Under the pieces are notes generated by a model. It made no database searches, was not told the DNA's origin, and worked only from the letters and a program-made list of their open reading frames with translations. From Candidatus Heimdallarchaeota archaeon (GTDB lineage: Archaea > Asgardarchaeota > Heimdallarchaeia > Heimdallarchaeales > Heimdallarchaeaceae), in assembly GCA_019057815.1 (NCBI GenBank), contig JAHLWR010000020.1, positions 1 to 64,000 of the forward strand: a DNA stretch of 64,000 nt. Reading direction: 5' to 3'. The translations under genes and the position numbers were made by a program. How positions within the stretch are numbered: the stretch's first letter is position 1; every line of letters starts with the position of its first letter. Shown here piece by piece: positions 50,369-61,146 of the stretch.

Positions 50369-51727
50369 TTGAATTCCATTTACAAAAGATTCATTGAATT
50401 ATTAAAAATTGCAAATCCTAATATGTTAAGTGTGTATGAGTTTAAGAAGCAAATAGCTTTATTCGATCGAATTCTTAAAGATAAAATTGGACTTGTAATT
50501 TTAATTCCAGAAGTTGAATATTACACTGAAAATTTACTTATAATTGATCTGCTATATGATAAAATTCAAGATGAATTTGGTTGGGAAAGTGGAACAAGAT
50601 TCGCTAATTCTTTCTCCAGAGGTTATATTAGAACTCCAAGTAATCTTTGGCATATCAATATTCAAAATCCTCATTGTTTGTTACCTGAAGATATGATTAA
50701 TCTATTAGAAACAAAAAAATTGATTTTTGGAGAAGAACTGATTTTAGAAGAGGAGTTTCCTCATAATAAAGACGAGATAATTAAGATTAACGTAGGTTTA
50801 ACAAGAGATGAAGTTGAGAAAATAGCTTTAGAGTACAATCAATATACCCCTTTAGTAGATCCGAAATGCTGTTGGATGAGATTCCCTTTTACAGTTGAAC
50901 ACTCAACGTTCAGTGTAATTAGTAACGAATTAGATTTGCTTATGGAGAATAAAAAACCAGAAAAAAATATTCATTTGTATGGTCGATATGGAGGATCTGG
51001 AAAAACTCAGATAATTTACTCATTGATGAAATACTGTAGAGAACAAAATATACCTTTTGTATATAGAACAGAATTCTGGAAGGATGAAAAAGGTGAATAT
51101 TACGATATTGAAATTAATCCTGACAACAATCCCAAAAAGGTGTCTGAGTGGGTTATATCTAACGCTCCTTTCTCAAGATTTGTCCTCTTTTTAGATGAAG
51201 TTGATATTGATATTAATTCATTACAATCAAGCCTTAAAAATAGATTTAATAGTTCTAATTCAAACATTTTTATTATATCAACTAGTAAAGAGATTAGTTC
51301 TTTTACTACTGATGGGTTTCTTGTCTATGACATTGTAAAAGATTATCCTTTCGCTGATTCTCAACTAGTCTTGTTATTGAAAAAAATCATTGGCATTTCC
51401 CATATTGACAAAGGAGTTTTCTCTGATGAGATTCTGGATAAGATTGTAAACTTGACAAGACTCTGGAATCATACTTCTGTAAGAAAGACACCTACATCTG
51501 TTATTTTAACAGCTCATTTGGCTTTCATTGAAGCGATAAGGGGATACAAAGAAGGAAAGAATAAACTAGTGGTGAAATCCGAATATGTTGAGAACTGGGC
51601 TTTTTTGGGAACATCTCCTTGGTATCAAGAATATGGAATAAAACACGATGTCCATTCGGAATATTTCATTTTCGATGGAAATGAATATACGGCTGTAGAT
51701 AAAAATTATCACTTCTCGATGCCATAA
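50369..51727 (+). CDS. P-loop NTPase (AAA+-like)
   Basis: GRYGGSGKT Walker A and LFLDEVD Walker B. Confidence 0.7.
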   Translation: MNSIYKRFIELLKIANPNMLSVYEFKKQIALFDRILKDKIGLVILIPEVEYYTENLLIIDLLYDKIQDEFGWESGTRFANSFSRGYIRTPSNLWHINIQNPHCLLPEDMINLLETKKLIFGEELILEEEFPHNKDEIIKINVGLTRDEVEKIALEYNQYTPLVDPKCCWMRFPFTVEHSTFSVISNELDLLMENKKPEKNIHLYGRYGGSGKTQIIYSLMKYCREQNIPFVYRTEFWKDEKGEYYDIEINPDNNPKKVSEWVISNAPFSRFVLFLDEVDIDINSLQSSLKNRFNSSNSNIFIISTSKEISSFTTDGFLVYDIVKDYPFADSQLVLLLKKIIGISHIDKGVFSDEILDKIVNLTRLWNHTSVRKTPTSVILTAHLAFIEAIRGYKEGKNKLVVKSEYVENWAFLGTSPWYQEYGIKHDVHSEYFIFDGNEYTAVDKNYHFSMP

Positions 51728-51912
51728 AATACTATTGATAAGAATCGTCGTTAAAAATCTGAAAAAGCTGTACCTCTGATAATGGGTTAATATTAAAGCT
51801 TGTGAGAACTGCATATAAATTGAAAAAAACATATTTGATTATTGACTACTATTCCATATCTTTAAAAACATCCTTTCACAATTAGTTTTTAGTATAACTA
51901 AGAGGTTGAAAA

Positions 51913-52902
51913 ATGCCAGAAGTATTAGATTGGATGCTAGGTAGAGGTGACGAAATCCTTTTCCGCCATCCCAGAACTGAAATTAATTGGGGCGATACGG
52001 TAAACGTTTTGCCTAATCAAGTAGCTGTTTTCATCAAAGATTCACAGGTTTATGATGTTCTTAATCCTGGTAGACATCTCATGAAGACAAAGAACATTCC
52101 ACTACTAACGAGATTGCTCTCTGCAATTGTAGGTTATGACAAAAATCCTTTCAATTGCCAAGTCATATTCATCAATTTAGCAGATTTTCAAGCTAAATTT
52201 GGTGGTCGCAGTCAGACTCAAGAATTAGCTCCTTTGCAATTCTTTGGTGATTATTTCTATAAAATCGCTGATCCTCAGAAATTCGCTTTCCAAATTGCAG
52301 GTAATCGCAATATCTACAGCACTTCAGACTTTAACGAATTCTTTAGGAATTTCGTTGTTCAAGAATTAATCAGTCTTCTTTCTAAGAAAAGCATTGTTGA
52401 TGTTATGTCTGATTTAGATACTACTTCAAACAGTGTCGAGAAAGTGATTAAAAGCGAACTTCTTGAAATGGGTATAGAACTCAAGAATCTCAAATTTGGT
52501 GGTATTGATACTACTCCAGAATATAGAGACCGATTATTCTGGTTACGAGCTGGAGTATCAGCTGGTGAAATTCAAAAGTACGCAGGGACTGCAAAAGTTG
52601 CAGAGAAACTACCTGAAGGTGGAGCGAGTTTAGGTGCAGGTATGATTATGATGAATAATCTATTCAGCAGCCAAGGAGTAGCTCAAAAAGCTGATGATAT
52701 TAAAACATCAGGTGATGTTGAATCAGCCTTTATTAAATGTAATCAATGTAAAGGTAAATTCTCCCCAAATGCTAAATTCTGCCCTCATTGTGGTGACCCC
52801 TCTGATGATGAACTGAAAGGTGAGGCAAAATTCTGCACTAATTGTGGTGCAAAATCTCCAACAACTGCTAAATTCTGCGGAAGTTGTGGGAATCAACTCT
52901 AA
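51913..52902 (+). CDS. SPFH-domain protein with double zinc ribbon (YdjI-like)
   Basis: NQVAVF..PGRH..T.NIP SPFH signature; C-terminal CxxC pairs. Confidence 0.85.
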   Translation: MPEVLDWMLGRGDEILFRHPRTEINWGDTVNVLPNQVAVFIKDSQVYDVLNPGRHLMKTKNIPLLTRLLSAIVGYDKNPFNCQVIFINLADFQAKFGGRSQTQELAPLQFFGDYFYKIADPQKFAFQIAGNRNIYSTSDFNEFFRNFVVQELISLLSKKSIVDVMSDLDTTSNSVEKVIKSELLEMGIELKNLKFGGIDTTPEYRDRLFWLRAGVSAGEIQKYAGTAKVAEKLPEGGASLGAGMIMMNNLFSSQGVAQKADDIKTSGDVESAFIKCNQCKGKFSPNAKFCPHCGDPSDDELKGEAKFCTNCGAKSPTTAKFCGSCGNQL

Positions 52903-52949
52903 TCTTTTTTTTATTCCCCCCCTTCTTTTTTAAAAAAAAGGTAGGGGTA

Positions 52950-53384
52950 CTACCATTCTGTGATTAATCTACCATTGGAATCTCTATAGCTACCAACTAA
53001 TATTAAGATGAAATCAATAAATGGTCCAATCCCAAGTAAACCTAATGTAAAGAAATAAAGGACACCCAACCCTATACTTCCTGAGTAGAATCTGTGTACA
53101 CCATAACATCCGAAGAATATACACAAGATAAGAGTTACAATTCGGCTAAGCGGAGATACAGGAACTTGTCCATATACATGTTGCTGATAGGGTTGGTATG
53201 GTCCTTGTTGAACAATCACTTGTGCAGGTGGTGGTTGTACGGGTTGTTGTACGGGTTGTTGTTGTACGGGTTGTTGTTGTACAGGTGGTTCTCGGTCGGT
53301 TAGTGTGGTACCACAATTTGGACAGAATCTTATTCCTTGCTCTAAAGCAGCTCCACAATTTGGGCAAAAATATTTTCCAGACAT
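52950..53384 (-). CDS. Zinc-ribbon + Q/P-rich linker + TM2 domain membrane protein
   Basis: FCPNCG x2, (QQQPV)n, FFGCYGVHRFY.G TM2 motif. Probable start MSGKY near 53384. Confidence 0.85.
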   Translation of the reverse strand: MSGKYFCPNCGAALEQGIRFCPNCGTTLTDREPPVQQQPVQQQPVQQPVQPPPAQVIVQQGPYQPYQQHVYGQVPVSPLSRIVTLILCIFFGCYGVHRFYSGSIGLGVLYFFTLGLLGIGPFIDFILILVGSYRDSNGRLITEW

Positions 53385-53572
53385 ATTCTTTACTCTCTTT
53401 TTAAGATATATAGTAAAGAGATGTACAAGTATATAATAATTTTCATATTTTTCCATTTAATCTCTATACACGCAAGTGAGATTTTTTAAGAGTCTGATTG
53501 ATTTCTAATTTTGTGCGCTGGAAGGAAATTGAATTTTCAAAATACTTTTATTTCTTCTTCAAATAATCACTT

Positions 53573-54637
53573 ATGGCAATAGGTTCTCTCATTTTAGGAA
53601 TTGTTATAATAACAACTGCAATTTTTGCTCTGGTTATCGTTATTTCATCAAGAAAAATCGATTTTGGTGACAGATTATTTGATCCACAGAAATCTCTAAG
53701 ATCTCAAATCAGAAGAAAATTTGGAGGAAGAAAATTGAAAATGGCTAAATCTAAGAAAAGCCGATCTATTGATGACATATTAGAAGAAGATTCAATGGAT
53801 GAAGAGTTAGCTTACGAAGAAGTGTCTCTTTCTAGACCTGAAGCTACACTAGGAGGCGCTACACCTGCCCCACATACTGCTCAAGCTAAACCTTCACCTA
53901 TTCCTCCATCTCCACCTGGTTCTCAGTATGAATCTGAAAAAGAAATTAAGGGAGAAGAAGAGATAATGGAACTTAAAAAACTTGAAAAAGGGGAAGGTGA
54001 AGAATCAGAATTTCTAGATGTTCCAGTAGAAACCACAATAAAAGATTCAACTTCAACATTCAATAGAGATCTTTCTATACGATTACCAAAAAATATGTGC
54101 CTTGATGAGGTTTTTAGACTTAGAATAACTATTAAAAAATCAGAAGAATATTCATCAGAACTCACACTAAAAGAACTTACACTTGATGAAAAAGAGGCTA
54201 AGTATTACTCTTTGAAAGTTGAGAAACTAGGTAAGAAAATCAGTGAGGCGACCATTATACTTTCTGGTATAACCGAAGCTCCCCTAACAATAAGACCAAT
54301 GGCGATCGGTGGAGTTGCTCACATAGCTCCTTCAACAAGAACAGTTATGTTTGATTCAGAGGCTGAAGAAACTGTTATTGAGTTCTTCATCACACCTACC
54401 AAATGGACTGAAGTTATGAATGTCCTGCGAATCGAATTTGAGCAGAATTATAAAGTTATCAAAACTCTTGAAATACCAATGAAGATTTATAAAAGAAAAT
54501 TTGAAGCTCTTTTTGGTTTGAACATTTCAGGCGTTCAGAAATATATTCTTCTCATATATTCTGCAATTGGATCAGTAATTGGTTTATATGGTACATTAGC
54601 TAACTTTGTGGACTTCTTACCTGATTTACCCTTCTAA
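53573..54637 (+). CDS. Membrane hypothetical protein (N- and C-terminal TM, acidic/Pro-rich linker, beta-rich domain)
   Basis: Hydropathy and composition only. Confidence 0.55.
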   Translation: MAIGSLILGIVIITTAIFALVIVISSRKIDFGDRLFDPQKSLRSQIRRKFGGRKLKMAKSKKSRSIDDILEEDSMDEELAYEEVSLSRPEATLGGATPAPHTAQAKPSPIPPSPPGSQYESEKEIKGEEEIMELKKLEKGEGEESEFLDVPVETTIKDSTSTFNRDLSIRLPKNMCLDEVFRLRITIKKSEEYSSELTLKELTLDEKEAKYYSLKVEKLGKKISEATIILSGITEAPLTIRPMAIGGVAHIAPSTRTVMFDSEAEETVIEFFITPTKWTEVMNVLRIEFEQNYKVIKTLEIPMKIYKRKFEALFGLNISGVQKYILLIYSAIGSVIGLYGTLANFVDFLPDLPF

Positions 54638-54683
54638 TTTTTTTCTCTTTTTTCTTCAAAACAATAGAAAGAAAGAACAACTA

Positions 54684-55655
54684 TTAGAAAATAGTTTTTC
54701 TTGCTTGTAGATACTCAGCTGCTGATAAAGCAGCTATTGTTGCTAATCCAACAGATGTTGAGATTTGTCTGCTTAATGGATTTACTATTTTTGAAGTTAC
54801 ATCTCCTGCAGAAAAAACTCCTGAAACATTTGTTCTACAATCATCATCTATTTTTATCAGTCCATTCTCAATTTCACAACCTAGGGCTGTTGCTAATTCT
54901 ATATTTGGAATTATACCAATTTCTGCGAAAATACCATCGGTTTTCAATGATGTGCCATCGCTAAAGAAAACTTCCTCAACAGTATTGGTTCCTTTAATTT
55001 CAGATACTTGTTTATTAAACAGAATTTCGATATTTTTTCTGTGTCCAGCTCGGTCTAGATAGATTTTTTCACACTTCATATAATTCGATCTAGAAACCCA
55101 ATATATTTTTTTCGCACCAACGTCACTCAATGCTAGAGTTCCTGTAGCAGCTGCATCTCCAGAACCTGATACAATTACAGTTTTTTCTTTAAAGAAAGCT
55201 GCATCACATGTAGCGCAATAACTTACACCTCTTCCTATGAACTCTTTTTCACCTGGAACACCAAGTTCTCTATGTCTTCCTCCTGTTGCTAAAATTAGTG
55301 CTTTTGCTTTATAAGTTCCTATATCACTTTTAATTAAGAAAAGGTTGTCTTCGGTTTTTGTAATGGTGGAAATTTCACCATAAACTATTTTTGTACCAAA
55401 TTTCTCAGCTTGCTCTCTCATTTTATCTGTTAGTTCAATTCCAGAAATACTATCAAATCCCGGATAATTTTCAATTTCAAGAGCTAAACCCATTTGACCA
55501 CCATAATCTTTTCCAATACAAACAACTTTGATTGAAGCTCGTGAAGCGTAGATAGAAGCAGTTAGACCAGCTGGTCCCATACCTATAACGCCTAAATCAA
55601 ATTCTTTAATTTCAGAAGTTTCCTCTTCATCAGGTTTTGGTGTTAACAACAACAT
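54684..55655 (-). CDS. trxB: Thioredoxin reductase-like flavoprotein
   Basis: GxGPAG, LATG, GVSYCATCD and SAGDV motifs. Confidence 0.88.
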   Translation of the reverse strand: MLLLTPKPDEEETSEIKEFDLGVIGMGPAGLTASIYASRASIKVVCIGKDYGGQMGLALEIENYPGFDSISGIELTDKMREQAEKFGTKIVYGEISTITKTEDNLFLIKSDIGTYKAKALILATGGRHRELGVPGEKEFIGRGVSYCATCDAAFFKEKTVIVSGSGDAAATGTLALSDVGAKKIYWVSRSNYMKCEKIYLDRAGHRKNIEILFNKQVSEIKGTNTVEEVFFSDGTSLKTDGIFAEIGIIPNIELATALGCEIENGLIKIDDDCRTNVSGVFSAGDVTSKIVNPLSRQISTSVGLATIAALSAAEYLQARKTIF

Positions 55656-55715
55656 CTTATTTCACGATATATATTTTGCACTTGAATAAAAAAATGTTGC
55701 TCTTGCAAAAATACT

Positions 55716-56474
55716 TCAGTTTTTTTCTTTTTTGAAAACAAGTATCGAACAGATAGTAATCACTATCCCAATTAGGATTAGGATTAAACAGTCTAAAAGT
55801 ATCGTTAGTGTTGAGAAATTTGTAGAGATCAAGTTTACAGATAGTTGAAATACGTTATAAGGTTGAATTCCTTCAAAGACAAGCAAAGAGGAAATAATAA
55901 CTATCATAAACATAACACCTGCGGATATTGCTCCAGCAGAAATCTGTGTCTTTGTTGAAGCAGATATAAAAACACCTATACTTACATAGGTAAAAAGAGT
56001 CAATAAGAATATTAAGAGTGATTGAACAAAAATCCAAGGGTCAGGAACACCTACTAGCAGTACAGAACTTATGTAGAAAACTATTGCTCCTATAACTGTA
56101 GCGATTGAAATCAATAAAAAGCGCATTAGCAGCTTTGCTAGAATTACACTTGATGGCTTAATTGGTTTTGTTTGAATCAAAACTAGAGTGTTTTTTTCTC
56201 TTTCTCCTGCAATAGCGTCTGCACAGAATATCACTGCAATAATTGAGATGATACTATTAGCATTGCTGAAGAAACTTTCAGTAACCATTATTTCATCTAT
56301 TTCAGGTAGTAGTTCTTCCATATATTCAGCGATATAAGGCAATGCTTTTAACAATCCAATTGTTAAGAAACTAAATATTGCTAATCCTATGGACAAAGGA
56401 ATTATCTTACTCTTGACGGATTTCCATTCCTTCACCATTAAAGCTCTCGTTGGGATTGAAATCAATTCTCTCAT
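55716..56474 (-). CDS. ABC-2 type permease
   Basis: IAGEREKNTL...AKL motif; about 6 TM helices. Confidence 0.88.
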   Translation of the reverse strand: MRELISIPTRALMVKEWKSVKSKIIPLSIGLAIFSFLTIGLLKALPYIAEYMEELLPEIDEIMVTESFFSNANSIISIIAVIFCADAIAGEREKNTLVLIQTKPIKPSSVILAKLLMRFLLISIATVIGAIVFYISSVLLVGVPDPWIFVQSLLIFLLTLFTYVSIGVFISASTKTQISAGAISAGVMFMIVIISSLLVFEGIQPYNVFQLSVNLISTNFSTLTILLDCLILILIGIVITICSILVFKKEKN

Positions 56475-57388
56475 ATGCCATTCACCAATCTAACGAAAAG
56501 TTGATCCAAATCAGGAATATTGGGTCCGAATGATTTAATTTTAACTTTTTCTGTGATTTTTCTTATAATCTCATTAATAAATTCATAATCAGATAAATGA
56601 AAAATGAGCTTATCTCCATGAATTTTAGCGCTTTTTACTTGAGGAAATGAAACCAAAACATCTTGAGCTGCTTCAATATCTGTTAATACTTGAAGAAAAT
56701 AAGCATTATCACTTACCCTTGAAAGAATCTCTCCAGGTGTATCATCTAATATTAAATTGCCTTCTTTAAGAATGAGAATTCTTTCACAAAGACTCCAAAT
56801 ATCCGATAGAATATGACTAGAAAACAAAACTATGTTCTCTTTTGATAATTCTCTCATTATTCTGCTAATATGTTCTCTATTAATAGGATCTAAACCAGAA
56901 AGACTTTCGTCTAGAATGATAATATTAGGGTTATGAAGAAGAATACTAGCTATTGATAGCAACCTTCTTTGCCCTGAAGACATAAATTTCACAATCTTAC
57001 TCGGCGGATAGTTTATTCCCACAAGTTCTACAATTTCTTTAACTTTCTTTCCAGCATCTTTCTTAGATAAACCATGCATTCCAGCCATTATTGAAAGGAA
57101 TTCTTTAGCTGTAAGTTTATCATATAATCCTGAATCTTCGGGGAGAAAGCCTATTTTCTGTTTAATTGATAGATCATTATACTCTACTTTTCCACCATTT
57201 ATGAAAACATCTCCAGATGTAGGTACTAGTAATCCTGCTATACATTTGAACATAGTGGTTTTCCCTGCTCCATTTGGACCTATTAGACCATATAATCCGG
57301 GTTTTGTAATATCAAAAGAAACAGTTTTTAGTGCTGTTAAATCACCAAATTTTTTTACTACTGATTCGACTCTAATCCCAAGTTTCAT
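56471..57388 (-). CDS. ABC transporter ATP-binding protein
   Basis: GPNGAGKTT, MSSGQ, ILDE and SSH motifs. Confidence 0.93.
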   Translation of the reverse strand: MKLGIRVESVVKKFGDLTALKTVSFDITKPGLYGLIGPNGAGKTTMFKCIAGLLVPTSGDVFINGGKVEYNDLSIKQKIGFLPEDSGLYDKLTAKEFLSIMAGMHGLSKKDAGKKVKEIVELVGINYPPSKIVKFMSSGQRRLLSIASILLHNPNIIILDESLSGLDPINREHISRIMRELSKENIVLFSSHILSDIWSLCERILILKEGNLILDDTPGEILSRVSDNAYFLQVLTDIEAAQDVLVSFPQVKSAKIHGDKLIFHLSDYEFINEIIRKITEKVKIKSFGPNIPDLDQLFVRLVNGI

Positions 57389-57605
57389 CTGTTTTTTTCT
57401 CCTCTTTAATTCTTCCCATAAACAGATAAAACACCCATCCTAAGCTATTAAGAACCCAGATAAGAATTAACCAAACTATGCGATCTGAAGTTTCTCTTTG
57501 TTGCCAAGTTTTTACTAAATTAATAGTAGTGAAAATTTTCATAAACACCTCTATAGGCAAATAAACAGCTAGAAGAACTATAATTGAAGTGTCCATTTTA
57601 ATCAA
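57372..57605 (-). CDS. Small PLDc_N-like membrane protein
   Basis: W-x-x-L-I...LGWVFYLFMGR motif upstream of the ABC genes. Confidence 0.7.
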   Translation of the reverse strand: MIKMDTSIIVLLAVYLPIEVFMKIFTTINLVKTWQQRETSDRIVWLILIWVLNSLGWVFYLFMGRIKEEKKTDETWD

Positions 57606-57671
57606 GTAATGTGTCTAGGTTAAATTTACTTTAAAAATATATGTGAATAAGCTTATTGAGATTAGGTAGGA

Positions 57672-58763
57672 TTAAGACTTTTCCCAGAAACATCGGTCGA
57701 ATTCTACAATTCTTTCCCCTTTTTCAGTAATGACAATATCATCTTCTATTCTTATTCCGAATTTATCGGGTAAGTATATTCCAGGCTCATCTGTATGGAC
57801 ATTTCCACGTCTTAAAAGTTCTTTATTACCTTTGACTATGTAAGGTTCTTCATGAACATCAAGACCTAAACCATGCCCTAAACGATGAGTAAAGTATTTT
57901 CCATATCCTGCTTTTTCTATCACTTCTCTTGCGGCAAAATCAACATTTTCAGCTGGAATACCAACATGCGAGGTTTCCAGAGCTTTGTTATTAGATTCTT
58001 CTACAATAGAATATATTTTCAAAAACTCATTGGATGGTTTACCAAAAGTAGTCGTTACTGTAATATCTGCAAAATAATGATCACTGCTTGTTCCAGCATC
58101 TATAAGAACCACACTGTTTTGCTTTAACCTCTTTTTAGTGGCATTACCATGAGGTAGAGCAGAATGCTCATCAAATTGAACTAAGCCCCAACTAAGTTCC
58201 CCTGAAAGTTCGCTCATATTTTCTTGAACCGCTTTCATCGCATCTATTTCTGTAGCACCTTCTTCTAAGGATTCTATTGTTTTCATTATCCCTTCCACAG
58301 TATAATTTGCTGCGTTTGTTATTCGTTCTAATTCCGCATCACTCTTGATACTTCGCATTTCACTAAGATATTTTCCACCATTAACAAAATTTGTCTCAGG
58401 GAAAATTTTCTTCAATTTGTTGTAAACTTCAAAGGTTGTTGTGGGTTCAAGCGCTATTTTACTTGTTTTACAATCAATAGCGTTTCTTAGAATGGTATAT
58501 GGATTTTCTTCTTCATTCCAAGTAATTATATTATCAAAAATCGTTGAAACTTGCATCCTTTCTTTCTCAAAGTGCGGAGCAACCAAAGTTAGATTCTCAT
58601 CTAACGTAATAACTCCGCAAATTAGCCTTTCTGATATTCCAAAAAAACCTTTGAATAAATATCCAAAATTCACAGATGGAGTAAGAAGAAACACATCTAT
58701 CTTTTGCTCTTCTAGAATTTTTCTTATTTTTTCAATTCTCTTTTTATAGTCTAATGTTTTCAC
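57672..58763 (-). CDS. Xaa-Pro peptidase (M24B)
   Basis: IDAG, ADIT, HRLGHGLG..VHE, EPGIY and RIEDD motifs. Confidence 0.93.
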   Translation of the reverse strand: MKTLDYKKRIEKIRKILEEQKIDVFLLTPSVNFGYLFKGFFGISERLICGVITLDENLTLVAPHFEKERMQVSTIFDNIITWNEEENPYTILRNAIDCKTSKIALEPTTTFEVYNKLKKIFPETNFVNGGKYLSEMRSIKSDAELERITNAANYTVEGIMKTIESLEEGATEIDAMKAVQENMSELSGELSWGLVQFDEHSALPHGNATKKRLKQNSVVLIDAGTSSDHYFADITVTTTFGKPSNEFLKIYSIVEESNNKALETSHVGIPAENVDFAAREVIEKAGYGKYFTHRLGHGLGLDVHEEPYIVKGNKELLRRGNVHTDEPGIYLPDKFGIRIEDDIVITEKGERIVEFDRCFWEKS

Positions 58764-58848
58764 ATTTTAATAATTTGATTATTCTTTTTTAGGTTTTTTG
58801 TATAGATTAAGCATAACATTTATTGATTATTCCAGCTAAACTAGAATT

Positions 58849-61146
58849 ATGTTTGTTCTTCATGGTTATACTAGACCTTTTAACACTTTTGTAGAGATGG
58901 AATTAGAGCGAGATTCACTTTATCAAGCCTTTACAAAACTTGATGAACCAAAGGAAATTTCAAAAGCATGGATAGATTTTGCTGAATCTTGTTCAAAAAA
59001 TCTGTCAGCTATAAACAGTCTTACTACTATGGCGTTTGAAAGAATAAGCGAAGTTGCAAAAACTCTTCGTGAAAATGAACTTGCTGAAAATCCCATCCCA
59101 TTATACGAACTTCTTTATGGTAATTTGGATAAACAATTAGTAGCTTTAAATGAATTTCAAATTCGACTGAGCGTCCTAACATACGTTTATTCCCAAGTAA
59201 GAAATAGAGGGGTCTTTTCATATGCTCCAAAAACTTCTCAGTTCAAATATTACATTAATGCAAAAGAAACTCTAGATTTAATCTTATATAGAATTTTAAA
59301 CGATGAGATTCCTGAAGAAGAATCTGATGGAACATCATTGCATCCCACTCTATCTGATCTTTTAACAAATCTACAACCATTAATAAAACTGGAAAACATG
59401 AAAAGGTTAATTCCTAAGCTTTTAAAACTTCCAGATAGTTCAAAGAATCCTAAAATTCTTCTTAAAATAGGTGAATACGACAGATTACAAGGTCAAACAT
59501 TACTAACAAACATTCTAGATATTTCTGGACGGGCTTCAAAAGACTTCTGGTGGAATGATCCCATTTCACACCTCTCAATCTTAGCACACGCTAAAGAACA
59601 TTTTGAGGCAGCGATTAAACTATGGGAGGGTATTCCTGGAGAATTAGGAAAGGGTGCATTGATCTTAAAATCAGATTTTCTTCCTATTGTAGAAGTTCAG
59701 AGTACATTTTCTCTAGCAGAACACTTTAAATTATTATCTGAAAGCGCTATGGAAAGTGGAGATCTTAATCATACTTCTAAATATCTAGAAGAAACGGTAA
59801 AACAGCTGAATAGCGCGTCTAAAATTGCCCATATGCATGGAAACACCCAACATAATGTAATATTGCAAGAGATTGATAAAAATAGAGCAGAATTGGAAAT
59901 CATACAAGTATTATCCAAACTAGCCTTAAGATATACTGAAATAATCAATGCTCTTTATAATAATGATTTAGAAGAAGCGACAACAGTTTGCATGGATATG
60001 TCTAATTTACTTGAAAAAGCTACTGGTGCAGGCTCACTACCCTATGTTTATGGTGTTAGTGTTATATACGCAACAGCTTCAGAAATTATTAATGAATTAC
60101 TCGGACAAGATATATCCAACCTTAGTATGATTGATAAATTAATGTCGAAATTTGATTTTCCCATGAAAGCTATGAGTCAAGCAATTGCCAATATAGATTT
60201 ATCTGAAATACATATTAATGATAATAACCCTATTGAAAGTTTCAAAGCTTTATCAGAACTAAATGAAAAATTGTTTTATTTAGAGAGAGCTATCGAATTA
60301 TTGCCATCATTTTTACAGGAGAGAGATATCCAGCGAAATATTATACATGCAACAAAATATTATATACAATCTTTACTTACAGAGAATCAAATTTATCTAT
60401 ATGCTGATAATAACATAGTCATGGATTTGACTCTTCGAGCTAGAGCCCATTATTACTCTAAAAAAGCTAATCAGTTTCTTTCTTCAATTAAAGAAAATCC
60501 AAAACTCAAAAAAATAATAAAAGAAAGAATGGTCACTACCAAAATTCTTGGAACGATTACAGAATCAAATTTAATTTCTTTAGGTTTACAAACATCATAC
60601 AATAGAGATGTACGTAATATGATTACAGGTTTCATAGATTTTTATACTCAAGTAAAACAAACCCCAGAATTTATAATTGATTCTGTTTCGAAACAATTTG
60701 AAGGGATGCAAGAATTTCAAGAATTACTTGAGCTCATCAGTGTTGACACGCAAGAACTATTTGCAATACAAAAAGATGTGTCTATAAAAGGTAACGAAAT
60801 TAATTGGGATTTTGTAAAGAGACGCACTAGTTTTATTCCAGCTTCAAAAAACATGCTTGAAGTAATTAAACTGATTATTCTTGGAGAACTTCATGCTGAA
60901 CACAAACAAAAAGACAAAGCTATTGGGAGTTACAATAAAGCAAGTAATCTATTATTTGAAATAAGTAGTGAACTTGAAAAAGTAGCTCAATATATTGAAG
61001 ATGAAAAAGAATTACCACAGTTAGTATACATTACCTCTCTCTTTTGTCGAGAAAATGCTTCTGCATTGCGTTCTAATAGGAAGAGACAAGAGGTTCCATA
61101 CCCAGAGTTAATATCCATATTAGACTATCTTATACTCAATTTGTGA
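58849..61146 (+). CDS. Large all-alpha (solenoid-like) hypothetical protein
   Basis: 765 aa of amphipathic helices; its stop overlaps the GTPase ORF. Confidence 0.6.
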   Translation: MFVLHGYTRPFNTFVEMELERDSLYQAFTKLDEPKEISKAWIDFAESCSKNLSAINSLTTMAFERISEVAKTLRENELAENPIPLYELLYGNLDKQLVALNEFQIRLSVLTYVYSQVRNRGVFSYAPKTSQFKYYINAKETLDLILYRILNDEIPEEESDGTSLHPTLSDLLTNLQPLIKLENMKRLIPKLLKLPDSSKNPKILLKIGEYDRLQGQTLLTNILDISGRASKDFWWNDPISHLSILAHAKEHFEAAIKLWEGIPGELGKGALILKSDFLPIVEVQSTFSLAEHFKLLSESAMESGDLNHTSKYLEETVKQLNSASKIAHMHGNTQHNVILQEIDKNRAELEIIQVLSKLALRYTEIINALYNNDLEEATTVCMDMSNLLEKATGAGSLPYVYGVSVIYATASEIINELLGQDISNLSMIDKLMSKFDFPMKAMSQAIANIDLSEIHINDNNPIESFKALSELNEKLFYLERAIELLPSFLQERDIQRNIIHATKYYIQSLLTENQIYLYADNNIVMDLTLRARAHYYSKKANQFLSSIKENPKLKKIIKERMVTTKILGTITESNLISLGLQTSYNRDVRNMITGFIDFYTQVKQTPEFIIDSVSKQFEGMQEFQELLELISVDTQELFAIQKDVSIKGNEINWDFVKRRTSFIPASKNMLEVIKLIILGELHAEHKQKDKAIGSYNKASNLLFEISSELEKVAQYIEDEKELPQLVYITSLFCRENASALRSNRKRQEVPYPELISILDYLILNL

